DNA of 64,000 bases, taken from assembly GCA_038087875.1 (NCBI GenBank), contig JAXLNO010000253.1, forward strand, positions 62,001 to 126,000. The letters run 5' to 3'. The notes under the pieces are model-generated. The model was not told where the DNA came from. It searched no databases and saw only the letters and a list, made by a program, of their open reading frames with translations. Below are positions 59,285 to 64,000 of the stretch, piece by piece (position 1 is the first letter of the stretch; each line of letters begins with the position of its first letter). Made by a program: the position numbers and the translations under genes. The DNA is from Malacoraja senta (Eukaryota).

Positions 59285-60021
59285 AATGGGGAAGTACAAC
59301 GGGATCTAGAGGTCCTTGTTCATCAGTCACTGAAGGTAAGCATGTAGGTACAGCAGGCAGTGAAGAAAGCCAATGGCATGTTGGCCTTTATAACAAGAGG
59401 AGTTGAGTATAGGAGCAAAGAGGTCCTTCTGCAGTTGTACAGGGCCCTAGTGAGACCACACCTGGAGTATTGTGTGCAGTGTTGGTCCCCTAACTGGAGG
59501 AAGGACATTCTTGCTATTGAGGGAGCCCAGCGTAGGTTCACCGGGTTAATTCCCAGGATGGTGGGACTGTCATATGCTGAGAGAATGGAGCGGCTGGGCT
59601 TGTACACTCTGGAGTTTAGAAGGATGAGAGGCAATCTCATTGAAACATATAAGATTGTTAAGGGCTTGGACACGCGAGAGGCAGGAAACATGTTCCCGAT
59701 GTTGGGGGAGTCCAGAACCAGGGGCCACACACAGTTTAAGAATAAGGGGTAAGCCATTTAGAACGGAGATGAGGAAACACTTTTTCTCACAGAGAGTGGT
59801 GGGTCTGTGGGATTCTCTGCCTCAGAGGGCGGTGGAGGCCGGTTCTCTGGATGCTTTCCAGAGAGAGCTAGATAGGGCTCTTAAAAATAGCGGAGTCAGG
59901 GGATATGGGGAGAAGGCAGGAACGGGGTACTGATTGGGGATGTTCAGCCATGATCACATTGAATTGCGGTGCTGGCTCGAAGGGTGAATGGCCTATACTC
60001 CTGCACCTATTGTCTATTGTC
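59285..60021 (+). mobile_element. CR1 LINE 3' fragment
   Basis: ORFs 59360 and 59640; ctattgtctattgtc tail. Confidence 0.95.
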
Positions 60022-60045
60022 AAACCCCAACCCTTAACCCTTAAC

Positions 60046-63000
60046 TCACTGTGGTCACACACTGGTCACTGCACCCACACACTGGTCACTGCGGCCACAC
60101 ACTGGTCACTGCGGCCACACACTGGTCACTGCGGCCACACACTGGTCACTGTGGCCACACAGAGGTCACTGTGGTCACACAGAGGTCACTGTGGCCACAC
60201 AGAGGTCACTGTGGCCACACAGAGGTCACTGTGGCCACACAGAGATCACTGTGGCCACACAAAGGTCACTGTGGCCACACAGAGGTCACTGAGCCCACAC
60301 ACTGGTCACTGCACCCACACACTGGTCACTGCGCCCACACACTGGTCACTGCGGCCACACGGAGGTCACTGAGCCCACACACTGGTCACTGCACCCACAC
60401 ACTGGTCACTGCACCCACACACTGGTCACTGCACCCACACACTGGTCACTGCACCCACACACTGGTCACTGCACCCACACACTGGTCACTGCGGCCACAC
60501 ACTGGTCACTGCGGCCACACACTGGTCACTGCGGCCACACACTGGTCACTGCGGTCACACAGTGGTCACTGCACCCACACAGTGGTCACTGCACCCGCAC
60601 ACTGGTCACTGCACCCGCACACTGGTCACTGCACCCACACACTGGTCACTGCGGCCACACACTGGTCACTGCACCTGCACACTGGTCACTGCGGTCACAC
60701 ACTGGTCACTGCACCCACACACTGGTCACTGCGGCCACACACTGGTCACTGCGGTCACTGCGGCCACACACTGGTCACTGCGGCCACACACTGGTCACTG
60801 CACCCACACACTGGTCACTGCGGCCACACGCTGGTCACTGCGGCCACACACTGGTCACTGCGGTCACTGCACCCATACACTGGTCACTGCGGCCACACAC
60901 TGGTCACTGCAGTCACTGCACCCACACACTGGTCACTGCGGCCACACACTGGTCACTGCGGCCACACACTGGTCACTGCGGTCACTGCACCCATACACTG
61001 GTCACTGCGGCCACACACTGGTCACTGCTGTCACACACTGGTCACTGCGGCCACACACTGGTCACTGCGGCCACACACTGATCACTGCGGCCACACGGAG
61101 GTCACTGAGCCCACACACTGGTCACTGCACCCACACACTGGTCACTGCACCCACACACTGGTCACTGCGGCCACACACTGGTCACTGCGGTCACACACTG
61201 GTCACTGCACCCACACACTGGTCACTGCACCCACACACTGGTCACTGCGGTCACACAGTGGTCACTGCACCCACACAGTGGTCACTGCACCCACACAGTG
61301 GTCACTGCACCCACACAGTGGTCACTGCACCCGCACACTGGTCACTGCACCCGCACACTGGTCACTGCGGCCACACACTGGTCACTGCACCCACACACTG
61401 GTCACTGTGGCCACACACTGGTCACTGCGGTCACTGCACCCATACACTGGTCACTGCGGCCACACACTGGTCACTGCGGCCACACACTGGTCACTGCGGC
61501 CACACACTGGTCACTGCGGCCACACACTGGTCACTGCACCCACACACTGGTCACTGCACCCACACACTGGTCACTGCGGCCACACACTGGTCACTGCGGC
61601 CACACACTGGTCACTGCTTTCACTGTACCCATACACTGGTCACTGCGGCCACACACTGGTCGCTGCGGTCACTGCACCCACACACTGGTCACTGCACCCA
61701 TACACTGGTCACTGCGGCCACACACTGGTCACTGCGGTCACTACACCCACACACTGGTCACTGCGGCCACACACTGGTCACTGCGGCCACACACTGGTCA
61801 CTGCGGTCACTGCACCCATACACTGGTCACTGCGGCCACACACTGGTCACTGCTGTCACACACTGGTCACTGTGGCCACACACTGGTCACTGCGGCCACA
61901 CACTGGTCACTGCGGCCACACGGAGGTCACTGAGCCCACACACTGGTCACTGCACCCACACACTGGTCACTGCACCCACACACTGGTCACTGCGGCCACA
62001 CACTGGTCACTGCGGCCACACACTGGTCACTGCGGCCACACACTGGTCACTGCGGCCACACACTGGTCACTGCGGTCACACAGTGGTCACTGCGGTCACA
62101 CAGTGGTCACTGCACCCACACAGTGGTCACTGCACCCACACACTGGTCACTGCACCCGCACACTGGTCACTGCACCCACACACTGGTCACTGCGGCCACA
62201 CACTGGTCACTGCACCTGCACACTGGTCACTGCGGCCACACACTGGTCACTGCACCCACACACTGGTCACTGCGGCCACACACTGGTCACTGCGGTCACT
62301 GCACCCACACACTGGTCACTGCGGCCACACACCGGTCACTGCACCCACACACTGGTCACTGCGGCCACACGCTGGTCACTGCGGCCACACACTGGTCACT
62401 GCGGTCACTGCACCCATACACTGGTCACTGCGGCCACACACTGGTCACTGCGGTCACTGCACCCACACACTGGTCACTGCGGCCACACAATGGTCACTGC
62501 GGCCACACACTGGTCACTGCGGTCACTGCACCCATACACTGGTCACTGCGGCCACACACTGGTCACTGCTGTCACACACTGGTCACTGCGGCCACACACT
62601 GGTCACTGCGGCCACACACTGATCACTGCGGCCACACGGAGGTCACTGAGCCCACACACTGGTCACTGCACCCACACACTGGTCACTGCACCCACACACT
62701 GGTCACTGCGGCCACACACTGGTCACTGCGGTCACACACTGGTCACTGCGGTCACACACTGGTCACTGCACCCACACACTGGTCACTGCACCCACACACT
62801 GGTCACTGCACCCACACAGTGGTCACTGCACCCACACAGTGGTCACTGCACCCACACAGTGGTCACTGCACCCGCACACTGGTCACTGCACCCGCACACT
62901 GGTCACTGCGGCCACACACTGGTCACTGCACCCACACACTGGTCACTGCGGCCACACACTGGTCACTGCGGTCACTGCACCCATACACTGGTCACTGCGG

Positions 63001-64000
63001 CTACACACTGGTCACTGCGGCCACACACTGGTCACTGCGGCCACACACTGGTCACTGCGGCCACACACTGGTCACTGCAACCACACACTGGTCACTGCAC
63101 CCACACACTGGTCACTGCGGCCACACACTGGTCACTGCGGCCACACACTGGTCACTGCTTTCACTGTACCCATACACTGGTCACTGCGGCCACACACTGG
63201 TCGCTGCGGTCACTGCACCCACACACTGGTCACTGCACCCGCACACTGGTCACTGCGGCCACACACTGGTCACTGCACCCACACACTGGTCACTGCGGCC
63301 ACACACTGGTCACTGCGGTCACTGCACCCATACACTGGTCACTGCGGCCACACACTGGTCACTGCGGCCACACACTGGTCACTGCGGCCACACACTGGTC
63401 ACTGCGGCCACACACTGGTCACTGCACCCACACACTGGTCACTGCACCCACACATTGGTCACTGCGGCCACACACTGGTCACTGCGGCCACACACTGGTC
63501 ACTGCTTTCACTGCACCCATACACTGGTCACTGCGGCCACACACTGGTCGCTGCGGTCACTGCACCCACACACTGGTCACTGCACCCATACACTGGTCAC
63601 TGCGGCCACACACTGGTCACTGCGGCCACACACTGGTCACTGCGGTCACTGCACCCATACACTGGTCACTGCGGCCACACACTGGTCACTGCTGTCACAC
63701 ACTGGTCACTGCGGCCACACACTGGTCACTGCGGCCACACACTGGTCACTGCGGCCACACGGAGGTCACTGCGGCCACACGGAGGTCACTGAGCCCACAC
63801 ACTGGTCACTGCACCCACACACTGGTCACTGCGGCCACACACTGGTCACTGCGGCCACACACTGGTCACTGCGGTCACACACTGGTCACTGCACCCACAC
63901 ACTGGTCACTGCACCCACACACTGGTCACTGCGGTCACACAGTGGTCACTGCACCCACACAGTGGTCACTGCACCCACACAGTGGTCACTGCACCCACAC
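60046..64000. repeat. 20-bp satellite array (at least 3.9 kb, runs off the window)
   Basis: cacactggtcactgc(ggc/acc)ca repeated, with occasional 9-nt short units (ggtcactgc). Confidence 0.98.

Noticed and set aside
60562..63792. Long His/Thr/Cys-rich ORFs (686, 211 and 317 aa)
   Set aside because: Translations of a stop-poor 20-bp satellite, open in several frames, with no gene structure.

Overview
This is eukaryotic, repeat-dominated DNA, most likely from a cartilaginous fish (skate or ray), judged from abundant CR1 LINEs and tRNA-derived V-SINE/HE1-like SINEs; the taxon is an inference. Most ORF-track entries are retroelement fragments or artefacts. Two host genes are visible. The first is a disrupted + strand immunoglobulin-superfamily gene (29.2-38.2 kb) with alternating V-type and WxC-bearing C2-type exons, reminiscent of the CD4/LAG-3 family; its last visible exon is split by a complete DIRS1-type tyrosine-recombinase retrotransposon. 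The second is a tandem C2H2 zinc-finger gene (CDS 47649-48917) with a CpG-island promoter at 41.2-42.8 kb. That promoter and intron 1 hold young Penelope-like insertions with minimal hammerhead-ribozyme motifs, including an ~800-bp near-perfect palindrome. Also present: a full-length L1 and a truncated L1 (both with TSDs), Rex1/L2/RTE fragments, old local duplications that give reciprocal empty sites for TE insertions, several minisatellites, and a terminal 20-bp satellite with a ~1.54-kb higher-order repeat.
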